Below, piece after piece: positions 41,862-54,984 of a stretch of 64,000 nucleotides of DNA. The stretch is from Octopus vulgaris. Taxonomy: Eukaryota. Where the stretch lies: contig OX597821.1 of assembly GCA_951406725.2 (NCBI GenBank), positions 98,146,001-98,210,000 on the forward strand, in the 5' to 3' direction. The stretch's first letter is position 1, and each line of letters begins with the position of its first letter. Below the pieces are notes generated by a model that saw nothing but the letters and a program-made list of their open reading frames with translations, did no database searches and was not told the DNA's origin. The position numbers were made by a program, and so were the translations under genes.

Positions 41862-43249
41862 GAAAATTAGATAAAATAAATAACTCAATGGCCAGTGACA
41901 TGAATTTTGACAACAAAGATATAAATCTGTGATTTATTGAAATTATCTTCCCTTTGAGAGGAAGTAAACAAGCACCTAACAGCAATTGCAGTTAAACCTG
42001 AAAAGAGGAAATATTCTCAAGCAATTTTTCTCAAATTAACATGCTACTAAAGAAAAGTCATCTGGTTTGTTTTTTTTCTAGAGAGAAGAGGACAGCTGAA
42101 CACAGGTTTCTGTCCCAGGAGGCATTATCAGTACAACTATTGTCCAAACTTGACTCCAACCAGAGATAAGACTTAGACATCTACAAAAAGAGCAGAGAAC
42201 ATCCACAAGATTGGGTAATATGCATAATTAAAACAAAATGTGAGCTAAGACTCATGCTTGTGGCATGAATTTGGATAACAGTGGGAAAAAAAAGATATAC
42301 TAAATAACATACAAGACAAATTCTTCATCAACTGAAATCATGTTCACTTCAAGAGATGAACAATTACAAAAAATTTCAAATGATGCAATAATCTGATGGA
42401 ATCAACTCGCTACTACAGAAAAGAGTCTGTACTTTTCTGGGAACAAAATGACAGTTGTGTATATATGTCTACATTAATAGGTATCATCAACATAGCAAAT
42501 ATCCTACACTGACTCCTGCCTGATATAAAACTTAGACATATACAAAAAGAAATAGTGTATGTGTGTGTGATTATACATAAACACACACACACACACACAC
42601 ACAATGGCACAATGGTCATTGTTTCAATCTTAAATCATTAGTTAAGTATCATGGTAATGACCTTAGGTTGAAATGATAGCCTGCTAATTTTAAAATACAA
42701 AACTCTAAACTTGTATTATGTGCTGAGTACTATATTTGAAAGTAGTCTGCAGTGATTGAGCCAATTTCAACAGAAATAATAGAAAAAAGTATATGCATGC
42801 TTATAAGCACATGCATATGCATGCAAGACCTGTCTGTCAGGACTGGCTATCTGCACCTGTATGCAGGCCTCGGCTTACTTTGTAGAAACTAGCAGTTGTA
42901 TGCATCTCTGTCTATACATTGCATATCCCCTCACCTCATCACATCACATTGCCAATGTTATACAAAAGAAAAAAGCAAGGCAAGGGCCAATACAGTTCGG
43001 AACCAGTATCGTCACAGGTAATCGCTGTCAAAATGTAAAGAACCAAAAGAGCTAGAGGAGACAGCTAGAGAGTAGGAGATACTTCCTGACTAATCGTTTC
43101 ACCAATCCACTGCTCTGGATTAACAATTCCTTTTATCAACCCCAAAGGAAAACAGATTAAGTGGACTTCTGCAGGATTTAACGTCAGAATGCAATGAGTT
43201 GGAAGAAATATCACGATGCATTCTATCAATCACCCAAACAGTTCTGCTA

Positions 43250-43582
43250 ATTCACTATTTTTACATACATGCATAATATATACATACATAACCAATACAC
43301 AAGCACACACATATATACACGTACATGCATATATATATATATATATATGAATGTATAAGTACACTGGTGCTTATACAATCGTATATATGCAAATACCTAC
43401 TCACACATTCATACACATATATACATAATATACATCTATAGATATGTTAATGTCTTTATTTATGTTAAGTTATAAATAAGAAAATAATTTTATATTGAAT
43501 TAAAGCATTACTCAATGCATTTTAGTAGAGCACATATCAAGTTTTAGAAAGTTAAGTCACTTCAATGTCTCAGTTTGTTCAT

Positions 43583-43629
<47 letters not shown>

Positions 43630-45464
43630 CTTATATATATATATATACACACACACACATCATATAGACATACATACATAGAGGTGTGTGTATATATACA
43701 TATGAACGTATGTGCATAAGCATAAAATTTAAGAAATTAAATATAATGCATTCCTTGTATATGATTATGCGTATTTTACACGGAAAGAACATCGAACGGA
43801 CACACAAATACACACACACATGAACATACATGTGCATGAATACATATGTATATATCAATATATAGAGAGACAAAGAGAGATGAGGAGTGACAAAACAGAT
43901 ACATATCTACATCAATTTTCAAATCTTACACATTTATGTATATTTATGACAATTTATAGAGGCTTACGAAACGAACACCAACTGGAGTTCATTCAATATT
44001 CTGTTCATACCTTCATCGCAGGCTATGGACACCATTCTTAATCTTTGCCACAAATATAATAAAGAATATAGGAAATTGCTATATACTACACTTATTACTG
44101 ATATGAATTTTGTATGTGTATAGGCACGTGTGTGTGTGTGTGTGTGTTTGTGAGTGTGTGTGTGAACCACATACACAAAAATGATTTTATCTATTTTTCT
44201 ACGTATTTACACAGACAGAATTCTGAAAATTATAAATGCATATTTTATGTTTGTACGCATGAATATCTATCTACGTATGTTTTTAGACAAGAGATGCATA
44301 CAGACACAGTTTATATGTATACATCCATGCATTTTACATATGCAAACGCACACACTGAAATAGACAAACACATAAAACCTCAAGGTACATATACATGTAA
44401 ATGTATACAAACAACCAACATGTATACAAACCGATACATATACACACACAATTTACGTAACTGTATACCTATATTTATATATGTATTTACATTTATATGT
44501 CTGTATGGAGATAGATAGAAAGATAGATAGAGAGAGAGAGAGAGAGGCAGATAGATATAGACGTATACATATATTTACAAACGTTAACTAAAATATATAC
44601 AAGCGTACTTACAGACATCTACATATTTGTGCATTAGCCTCACATAAGCGAATATATCTACATACATAAACGCATATACACATATACATACACACATCCT
44701 CATAAACGTATACATATATATATACATTCATATATAAGCGTATCCACATATACATAAATGTATACACATGCACATCTATAACTATATAGACGCATATACA
44801 TATCACTACATATATAAACGTATACACATACATCTATACATATAAACATATACATATCACTACATATATAAACGTATACACATACATCTATACATATAAA
44901 CATATACATATACAAATGTATACACATCAACATATATAAACATAAATATCTGCATATATAAACGTATACACAAAAACATCTGCATATGTAAAAGTATACG
45001 CACATAATCTACATATATAAACGTACACACTTATACATCGACATATATAAACGTGTACATTTATACATTGACATATATAAACGTATACACAATCATCTCT
45101 ATATATAAATCTACATATATAAGCGAATACATATATACATCTACGTATATAAGTTATGCACTTATACATCGACATTTATATACAAGTATTCATATATACA
45201 TCGACATTTATATAAAAGTATACATATATACATCAACATATAAATGTATGCATAGATATCCTCATATATAAGCTTATGCAGACAGATACCCGCGTATATA
45301 ACCGTATGTATATATGTGTGTGTGTATGTATATATATATATGTATGTGTATATGTATGTGTGTGTGTATACGTATATATTTATATGTGTATATAAATATA
45401 TATGTATGTATCTTTATGTTTATATATGTATGTATACATATATACATGGCTAAATATGCAAACG

Positions 45465-45499
<35 letters not shown>

Positions 45500-45778
45500 A
45501 TTCATATATATGTATATACGTTTATGTATTTAAGGGTATTTAAAATGCTTGTTGATGTATACAACTCATAATGTGCATGTATTCACGAAAAGATCAACAC
45601 ACTGTATGCATGTGTGTATGTATATATGTATTTATATATGACTAAATATGAGTGTGTAGATACACAAGTATACACAAACATACACCGTGTACATCTGCAT
45701 ATGCACATATACACGCATATATATAAATACTTACATGTACCATTTAAGTTGACATTACACACAGTCTTATATAGACAC

Positions 45779-45847
<69 letters not shown>

Positions 45848-46420
45848 GTGTGTGCATACTGTATATATAAAAAAGACGATAATTCTGGGAATGTATGAAG
45901 CGAATTACAAGGAAACAAGTTAACAAACGTAGACAGGTGGAAGACAAACACTTGCTATATATAAATATATATATACATACACACACACACACACACATAT
46001 ATATATACATATATGTATATATATATGTATATATATATGTGTGTGTGTATGTATATGTGTGTATATATGTATATATATGTGTGTGTGTGTATATATGTAT
46101 ATATGTGTGTGTGTATATATGTGTGTCTATATATATATATATATATATAAAAGCATATATATGTTGAATGAGACGTTTTATATGTGCATATCAATTATTT
46201 ACATATATCTTTCAGTATATATACATATAACATATAAGTCTCCACATATATATCTACATATATAAGCGTATGCACACATACATCGACATTTATACAAAAG
46301 TGTACATATATATATATATATATGCATCGACATTTATACGTATATCTGTAAGTATGTAATATATATGTATATATAATGATTTTATGTAATATATTATTAT
46401 TTATATATATACATAGAATT
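43250..46420. repeat. ~3-kb alternating purine-pyrimidine low-complexity tract with a degenerate ~26-28-bp satellite
   Basis: (TA)n, (CA)n and (TG)n mosaics. ATCTACATATATAAACGTATACACATA-like unit repeated across about 44600-45250. Confidence 0.9.
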
Positions 46421-46815
46421 GCGTGTCTTTCGCTCGGGTCGATGACAGACACGAATTTTCTAATGAGAGCCGCCGCTAGTGAACGACAATAAGCAACATA
46501 GCATATTTAATCTACGTGCGGGTGTATATATATATTATACAAATATATAATAGCATATAGATGTGTATATATGTATACATGCATCTCTTTATGTGTCTCT
46601 ATCCGAGTCGACTATATTATGTCGTTGAAGACATAGGAAGAGCGGAGGAGGGGACAACTGAAGCGAGCTAGTGGTGGTGACGATGAGAATCTTTCGATGG
46701 TGGTGGGGACATAGAATGTCGTCGAGAACGGGGTAACGATGGCAGAACAAGCCACGAAATCACGTTAAAGAGATCCGATCGGGTTAACTCTAAAGTGTTC
46801 AATCAAATAACTCAC

Positions 46816-46891
46816 CTAGTTGATTGCAGAATAGCGAGAAATAGAAGAGTGTCAGTAATCCAGTGTTTGTTAGGTATAGTAGCTCCGCCAT
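46816..46891 (-). CDS. Putative first coding exon of a secreted or membrane protein
   Basis: AAAATGGCG start context, MAELLYLTNTGLLTLFYFSLFCNQL+G (hydrophobic, signal-peptide-like), canonical donor CTAG|GTGAGT, phase 1, adjacent to promoter motifs. Confidence 0.6.
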
Positions 46892-47140
46892 TTTACTTCA
46901 TATTTGTGTGAGTGTGGTTGTGTTTGTGTGTGCACGTGTGGAAGAGACACGCACACACATACATACACACAGCGAACAGTAAGCAAGTGGCAGTGTGTGT
47001 GCGTATGTACGTATATATCTGTATATGTGTGTGTGTGTGTGTGTGTGTATGTCTCGCTACCATTTACCCGGAAGTGGTTTGCTGAGGCAACGGCAACATT
47101 TGATTGGTTAATTCAGTCATCGCTCGCTCGTTCAGTTTAT
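46885..47140. promoter_or_regulatory. CpG-retaining, TATA-less promoter, possibly bidirectional
   Basis: YY1-type CCGCCATTTT 46885-46894, ETS CCGGAAGTG 47068-47076, CCAAT box (ATTGG) 47103-47107, Inr-like TCAGT at 47113 and 47132. Confidence 0.6.
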
Positions 47141-47599
47141 CGTCTCTCTGTTTCTCTCCTCCCTTCTTCCTGTTTTTTCTCTCTCTCTCCGTCTCCTCCT
47201 TTCTTTTACTTGCTTTTCCTTTTTCTCTTTTTCTCTCTCTCTTCCTCGCTTTCTATTATTGGTGTTTTGCTCTTTCTTTTTGTACTCCTCTCTCTATTTC
47301 TTTCTCTTTTCTTTTATTTCTTATTTAACGTTCTCTTTGTCCCTCTCTTTTCGCTCTGTTATTATTGCCTTTTGCTCTTTCTTTTTATAGCTTCTCTTTC
47401 TCTCTCTCTCTTCCTCCCTCCCTCTCTCGTTCATATACATATATTTATATTCAAAACCATGTGCACACTTGGCAAGATGCTCTCTTTCTCTCAGTCTAAA
47501 TCTCTTCCTGTTACAATTTCTCTCTCTCTCTCTCTCACATGCACACATATAGATACACTCACACACTGTTTTCTTTATCTCTTGCAATCACACACACAT

Positions 47600-47636
<37 letters not shown>

Positions 47637-47973
47637 TCATGTATATTATATATCACAGTCTCTTTTGTTTCTCGTCCTGTCTCCCTCTTTCTCTCTCCCA
47701 CCCTTATAATGTATCTCATATCCAGCAGACACATCTAGGTCACATCCTTAGCTTTCTTCCTTTTCCTTGTATATCTTCTCTTTCATTTCATTTTCTGATA
47801 ATATTGTTGTTTTGTGCTTTTAACGCTTTTCTAGTTTACTTTCGTTTCCAATTAGAAGGAAATCTAATTTTCTTTTCTTTTAATCTTTATTCCCTTATCT
47901 TTTCCTTGGCATAGTAATAATTTTGGGAGAGCAAGCAGGTAGTTTAGGTATATATATATATATGTGTGTGTGT

Positions 47974-48021
<48 letters not shown>

Positions 48022-48026
48022 ATGTG

Positions 48027-48081
<55 letters not shown>

Positions 48082-48125
48082 ATATATATATATATATATA
48101 AAGAGAGAGAGAGAGAGAGAGAGAG
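47140..48125. repeat. Polypyrimidine (CT)n tract and (TA)/(TG)/(GA) microsatellites
   Basis: Directly visible. Accounts for the 336-aa ORF 46904-47914. Confidence 0.9.
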
Positions 48126-48714
48126 GTGTATTATATAATATTGGCATCGGCTAATCAATTTGTCAGCTCCCTATTCCTTTTTTTTTAAGGAAAAGTGAAT
48201 ATTTGAAGCTGTGGCAATCATGCATTTTTCGAAGAGGAGTGAGGACAGGAGGTTGATATCCTGATCACATTTTTTGGAGCGGGATGCACATTTATTTTCT
48301 AATTAGAAATAAATCTAATTAATTTTCATTTTTTTTATTAATCTCTACCACCGCGTCTCTTCCTTCGTTCACAGTAATAAATTGCGGAAAGCAAACAAAC
48401 AAGCACGCAGATAACTGTCAGGTGTATTGTCTGTGGTTGCGTATATGTTTTCGTACATATTATATAATATACGCATCGGTTAATATTCTGACATTTCCTT
48501 GTTCATTGATTTATATTTATTTTTTTTTTAACAAGGAGAAAATATGAAGTTGTAACAATCATACCCTTCCTCCGGAGAAAGCATTTTAAGTGAAGTCGTA
48601 TGATTTCAACCGACAATTTGGGACTGTTTCTAGGGATGCAGTAACATCATCGTTTGTGTATTTTCTTGTTTTCCGATGCCACACAAAGGACCTATAATTT
48701 ATTTGACAAATTTG

Positions 48715-50700
48715 GTAGATCATTGAACAAAGTGCTTTATAGTATTTAATTACATCTACCTAAATCCTGAGTTCAAATCCCATCCAGATCAACTTGACCC
48801 TTCCTCCTGACTAGTACTTTAATCAAGCACTGGGGTCGATTTAATCAGCTGCCTCCTTCCTAAAAATAGGTGATCTTGTGTCAATGGCATAAATTATTAT
48901 TATTATTATTATAATATTATTATTATTATTATCATCATCATCATCATCATTATTATTATTGCAGATTTGTGAGCACGCTAGACGAAATGCCAGCATTTCG
49001 TCTGTCATTACGATCTGGGTTCAAATTCTGCCGAGATCGACTTTGCATTTCATTTTGTCGGAGTCGATAAATTAAGTATCAGTGAAACACTGGTGTCAGT
49101 GTAATCGACTAGTCCCCTCCCATCAAATTTTAATAATAATAATTATTATTATTATTATTGCAGAACTGTGAGCAGACAGGACAAAATGCTTAGCGGAATT
49201 TCGTACGTTCTGAGTTCAAATTCCACCGAGGTCGATTTTGTCTTTCATCCTTTCGGGATCGATGAAATAACTGCCAGTTGAGTACTGGGACCGTTGTGAT
49301 CGACAATCCCTATCAACCAAAATTTCAGGCCTTGGGCTTATAGTAGAAAGGCAGAAAAAAAATTTTTTTGCAGTATTTCTTCTGATTCGTTACTTTCTGA
49401 ATCCAAATCCAACCGAGGTCAACTTTGCTCTTTCTCCTTTCGGGGTCGATAAAATAAGGTATCAGTCAAGTACTGCGGTCGATGGTATCCACAAATCCCT
49501 TCCCTCAAATTTGCTAGTCTTATGCCTAAATCAGAAGCAATTATTAGTATTATCATTAAGAATTTAAGAAAAACGAAATATTCTTTTCTGCTCTAGGCAC
49601 AAGACCCGAAATTTTGGGGGCAAGAGCTAGTCGATTACATTGACCTCAGTATGCAACTGGTTCTTAATTAATCGACCCCGAAAGGATAAAAGGCAAAGTC
49701 GACCTCGGCGGAATTTGAACTCAGAATGCAAAGACAGACGAAATAAGGGGCTAAACACAGAGGAGACGAACAAGAACAGACAAACGGATTAAGTCGATTA
49801 CATCGACTCCAGTGTGTCACTGGTATTTAATTTATCGACCCCAAAAGGATGAAAGGCAAAGTCGACCTCGGCGGAATTTGAACTCAGAACGTAACAGTAG
49901 ACGAAGTACGGCTACGCATTTCGCCCGGCGTGCTAACGTTTCTGCCAGCTCGCCGAATTAGTAAAACGAAGTATCGAATCATTCATACATTTCCCAGTGG
50001 TATTAGTAACGAAAAGTGAAGGGAAGCAGAATGGGTATTCGGTTTCCGACCGATGCTGGATCAGAGAGGATGGGAAAAAGTTGTTTCATATTTGTAAAGG
50101 AGGAGGATGTGATGAGAATGGTGACGCTATGTCATACATACCTCTCCCAAGGGTGTTAGGCTAAACGTTATGAACTAATCACAGCTCGATCCGCGGTCGA
50201 ATCAACTTTCACAACAATGCTTATTAATTATTGAAGTTGATGGATGGATGACAGAATCGGTGGAGCGTTGGATGAGAGACCTTATGTGTGTGTGTGTTTG
50301 TATATGCGTGTGTGTTTGTGTGTGTGTAAGTGTATGTCTGTCTGTCTGTGTGCATATTTGTGTGAGTTCAAATCCTACCCGATTTGACTTTACCATTCAT
50401 CCTTCCCGGGTCGATAAAATAAGCACCAGTTATTAAGTTTTAAGTTGATCAACCTGATTGTCCCTTCCCCCAAATCTTATGACATTTGTGCTCATGTTGG
50501 AAATTACGATTGTGATGAATAGGGAAGGTAAAATGAGAGAAATATGACGCTGTGTAAATAGTTACGTCGTTTTACATTCCGAGTTCAAATCCCACTCGTA
50601 TCGATTTTGCCTTTAATCTTTCAATGATGATTACACAAAGTACCAGTTAAATGTTTAGGGTAGATTTAATCATATATATCTCCCCAACCCCACTAAATAA
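48715..50700. mobile_element. Cluster of about 8 family C SINE copies in both orientations
   Basis: GAGTTCAAAT..GAGGTCGACTTTGCCTTTCATCCTTTCGGGGTCGATAAA..AGTACCAG core at about 48770, 49020, 49215, 49400, 50365 and 50580 (+), and 49580-49745 and 49746-49955 (-). The core resembles the Meta/MESC SINE domain (from memory). Confidence 0.85.
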
Positions 50701-51304
50701 TGTTCGGTTCGTGGTATTGTACCATTTATTCGATATCAATATTATATTTCCATCTGTCAACGATCTTGTGCCATTTCCAACATGAATTAGAAACGAAGTT
50801 AACATTATTCATTTGTAATTATTTCCTCTACCAACACAACTCTTTCCTCATGCCGATGAAAAAAAAAAAAAAAATGATGTCATATTTATGTTCGTTGACA
50901 AAAAAAAAAAAAAAGAAAAAGAAAAGTTCAGACTGGGATAATCATATTTTATGTATTCGCACGAAAAATTAAAATAGTTGCATTTTTATGTTGAAAAAAA
51001 AAAAAAAAAAAAAACTTCAAAATTTAAGGAAATTTACCAAATCGGTAACAAAGAAATTGTTTTTATTTTGAAATTTATAATATAATAGATGTGTTGAAAT
51101 ACGACAATACGTAATAATAGAATCGAAATGTTTACAAATGACAACATCAACATGCAATGATAAACCTTAACGTTCCGATGCCAAACGTAAACAAGGGAAC
51201 TGCGAGCTGCGTAATATGCATGCACGCACGAACACACACACACACGAACACACATGCATATACATGCACATACATGCACGCATGTGTGCGTGTGTGTGTG
51301 TGTG

Positions 51305-51335
<31 letters not shown>

Positions 51336-51454
51336 AATCGCTCTAAATGATCAAGGATAATATTTTTATGACGAAATTAACTGTGTAGTGTTTGGTAGAC
51401 ATCAAGATTTTGACACTAAACATATAAACAAGTGTGATGAAACAAGCCATCAAC

Positions 51455-51650
51455 GGACACCTCTTTGTAATCGTTCAAACCGCTAGAAATAGCAGTCAAA
51501 TCTCTCTCAACACCCATGCTTATAGTTTTAAGAAGGAACACGTTAGTTATGGCAATGCTGGGCTTCATGCACACTGGGGAAAAAACGGGATGATCACGAC
51601 TGGAATGTCTTTGATTATAGGTCTGCTCGATCAAGAATAAAAAGAGCAAC
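51455..51650 (+). mobile_element. Unclassified dispersed repeat (GCTAGAAATAGCAGCCAAATCTC family)
   Basis: Related copies at about 10030-10210, 19710-19850, 22080-22255, 31690-31830, 35975-36290, 59825-60030 and 60920-61266, several ending in (CAA)n. Confidence 0.75.
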
Positions 51651-52917
51651 AGAGGTGAAGAGATTTATTTAATAAATTCATGCTATCTGAACGATGGAGA
51701 ATAATATATTCATGATCAAATTAGCAGTGTAATGTTTAATAGACGTAAAGCTTTTGATACTAAACCTTCCAAGCAAGTGAAGAAAGTTATGTAATGCAAA
51801 TCAGATCTTTTCGTAACTAAATTTGCATTCTGATGATTTTCTTTTTTTTTTTTTTCTTTCTTTCTCTTTTTTACGCTAAACCTTAGCAAATGTAAAATAT
51901 CTGAAGGATAAAGAGAGATATTTTTCACAACGAAATTGACGTTATAATATTTCGTAGACTGAGTTTTTGACAGTGAACTTTATTTAACAAAAGCACAAAA
52001 TCTGAAAATTTAAAATTTTTTCTTCTTTTTTTTTTTTCAGAAAGAAGAGAGAAGCAGACAGCCGGATAAGACTACGATATGTGACAACCAGCTGACAGGT
52101 CAAATCAAAGGTTCGCAACCTGGCATCGTCGCAGTGATGCTGCTTGTATCTAAGGCATTTAATTAAGCCTGTAACTTATCGAAAATTGCAATAGGATTAT
52201 AATTCACCACTGAAAACAGTGGGAACAAAGTTCTGTTCCTCTCATAGAAGAAAATCTAAATGCAATATATTTAGTATCTTAGATAGGAGGAGTGTTGCAG
52301 AGACTGGAAGGTACAGGTCAACTTGTCCGTGAATCGGAAAACGATTAGTTTTTATAACGTTCTATTTGCTTAGCAGACGTTAAGTTTTTCAGACACGAAA
52401 CTGAAAAAACTGCTGTCGGACCTAAGGAAAACGAATCGCTTCGCCGATTTACTTACGATCCCTTACGTTATAATTAACCCTAATGAGATTAGAGTAAAAA
52501 AAAAAAAAAAAAAAGGGCAAAACAAGTGAAAAAGACTATATAACACACGGGAGCAATTAATAAAGAAGCTTTTCAAAATCAAATTCATGATAATTTATTT
52601 TCAGATAAATAATATTTCTAGTTTGTTGCTTTATTGTTGCTCGCATTTATTCGTTTGCGTGATTATTACGGCCCTCTACACATTTTGGAAAGACTAAATT
52701 GTTTTATCTATATGCTACAATTGAATATATATTAAATATATATATATTAAATATATATATATATATATATATTTATATACATACATACATATATATATAT
52801 ATGTATATATATAATATGCACAGTGCATATGTGTAAATATATGATATATATATATTTATATACATGTAAATATAAAATATATATAGTATATATATGTATA
52901 TATATATATATATGTAT

Positions 52918-52979
<62 letters not shown>

Positions 52980-52982
<3 letters not shown>

Positions 52983-53219
52983 CAAGAAGAAAGCAACAAG
53001 AATGGATATATATATATTGGTAAAAACGGTAAGATAACAAAAGAAAGAAAGAGACCTCAATATTATGTAAATAGAGGAAATTTATCAATAAAATAATATG
53101 TTACATTACTCAATAGTCAAGATAAAACTCTGAGTTTCAGATGCCGAAGTGGAAATCCACAACACCATCTCTTCGGTTATCTGGCCATCTGAAAAGGTTT
53201 ATTGAGTAACGTAACATAT

Positions 53220-53227
<8 letters not shown>
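52980..53227 (-). mobile_element. (TA)n-embedded Penelope-like terminal-repeat fragment with inverted end duplication
   Basis: Flanked by (TA)n on both sides. ATAAAATAATATGTTACATTACTCAATA (53088-53115) is inverted at 53200-53227. Contains a hammerhead-like motif. Confidence 0.6.
53121..53181 (-). ncRNA. Hammerhead ribozyme-like motif with long helix II (core variant CCGAAGA)
   Basis: Minus strand GATAA-CCGAAGA-GATG..GTGGA(TT)TCCAC..CATC-T-GAAA-CTCAGAG-TT-TTATC. Helix I GATAA/TTATC, near-palindromic helix III. Confidence 0.5.
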
Positions 53228-53268
<41 letters not shown>

Positions 53269-53594
53269 CATCATCATCATCATCGTTTAGCGTCCGTTTT
53301 CCATGCTAGCATGTGTTGGACGGTTCGACCGGGGTCTGGGAAGCCAGGAGGCTGCACCAGGCTCCAGTCTGATCTGACAGTGTTTCTACAGCTGGATGCC
53401 CTTCCTAACGCCAACCACTCTGTGCGTGTAGTTGAAACCACAAATAAGAAATACGCTCACGTGGTGTTCCAGTTCCATGAGAATTTCTTTAATTCTTGTG
53501 AGGCAAATCTTCATACTTGCCTATGTGGTTTGGAACATCCGGTGGGCAATATGTATTGCATATGACTATATTGTGTTGTCTTATGTATACAATT

Positions 53595-54065
53595 AGAGTG
53601 TCACTGAATTAGAGTATGACAGTAAGACCGGGGGTGTGAGGTCATCACGGATGTAAACAGCAACTCCATCATGGTTTCTTTCCCTTCTGTCTGTTCGCAG
53701 TATGGCATAGTTTGGTATGTGTACTTCTGCATCCTCTATATCAGGGCTGAGGTGAGTTTCCACGAGTGCTATGCATAGGGATTGATTGCATGCAGTAAGA
53801 TCTCTCAGGAAAAAAATTTTGCTTTTACTATGATGCAACAGGCTCCCCCCAATATTTAGTAAAAGTATTGGCATGGCGACTGTGCAGGCATTAAGGGAAG
53901 CCATCCCGTGTCTGTTGACTGTGGTGGTCTTGCACAATGGTGGGCAAGGTTCCTTGTTTGCATTTGGCATAGCCAGGTCAGGGGCTGCACAATCTTTTGC
54001 ACCATGCACAAAAAGACTCTTGCTCAGTTGCTGCCTTGCGCATAACCTCTGAAGAGAGCACTTCT
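53595..54065 (-). mobile_element. LINE ORF1/ORF2 junction with APE endonuclease N-terminus (CR1/Jockey group)
   Basis: ILLLNIGG..CIALVETHLSPDIEDAEVHIPNYAILRTDRRERNHDGVAVYIRD matches APE motifs N, ETxL and RxDR..GGVAxY. Confidence 0.85.
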
Positions 54066-54132
54066 TTTGTAAATTTTATATATATATATGTGTGTGCATG
54101 TGTGTAAATATATACATGTAAATATATACATG

Positions 54133-54168
<36 letters not shown>

Positions 54169-54488
54169 TATATATATGTCCGTACCGGTGGCACGTAAAA
54201 AGCACCATCCGATCGTGACCATTGCCTGGCTTCCGTGCCGGTGACACGTATAAAGCACCATCCGATCGTGGCCGTTTGCCAGCCTCGTCTGGCACCTGTG
54301 CTGGTGGCACGTAAAAAGCACCCACTACACTCATGGAGTTGTTGGCGTTAGGAAGGGCATCCAGCCGGAGAAACATTGCCAGATCAGACTGGGCCTGGTG
54401 CAGCCTTCTGGCTTCCCAGACCCCAGTTGAACCGTCCAACCCATGCCAGCATGGAAAGCGGACGCTAAACGATGATGATGATGATGAT

Positions 54489-54984
54489 ATAAAGATAAAT
54501 TAATTATAGAGATAATCTATTGACAATCCAATAATTCATTTATATTAGAATTTATTACATTAAATACAATGAATATAATATATGACATAACATAAATATT
54601 TATAAAATCCAGCTGTCCTTTCAAACAGGATATTGTCTTTCTGAACCATGACCCTGAAGTGTTTCAGGGTCGATAAATAAAGTACCAGTTTCTCACTGGG
54701 GGTGATATAATCGACTCAATCCCTTCGTCTGTCCTTGTTTGTCCCCTCTATGTTTAGCCCCTTGTGGGCAGTAAAGAAATATATATAATGGAACTGCTAT
54801 TATGTATAACAGAAAAAAATATATATAAGACGAATCAATTTCTTGGCCTTTTACGGTTTTTATAATTATTTATACAATATTATATTGTGTTATATATTTT
54901 ATTCATAGTATTTAATGTAATATTGTAATATAAATATATTATTGAATTGTCAGCAGAATATCTCTATATTTAACTTATCTTTAT
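54489..54984. repeat. AT-rich fold-back element with ~120-130-bp imperfect inverted arms
   Basis: 54489-54610 aligns with the reverse complement of 54855-54984 (ATAAAGATAA.TTAA.TATAGAGATA.TCT..TGACAAT.CAATAAT..ATTACATTAAATAC.ATGAATA). A SINE fragment lies in the spacer. Confidence 0.85.

Noticed and set aside
41563-41863. Recurrent WEARRLHQAQSDLAVFLRLDALPNANH ORFs suggesting a gene family
   Set aside because: Antisense translation of the non-coding RTE-tail repeat.
43631-46452. Many overlapping Y/I/C/V/H/T-rich ORFs
   Set aside because: Dinucleotide-repeat translations on both strands.
46904-47914. 336-aa ORF that looks like a multi-pass membrane protein
   Set aside because: It is the translation of (GT)n/(CT)n polypyrimidine tracts that lack stop codons by composition.
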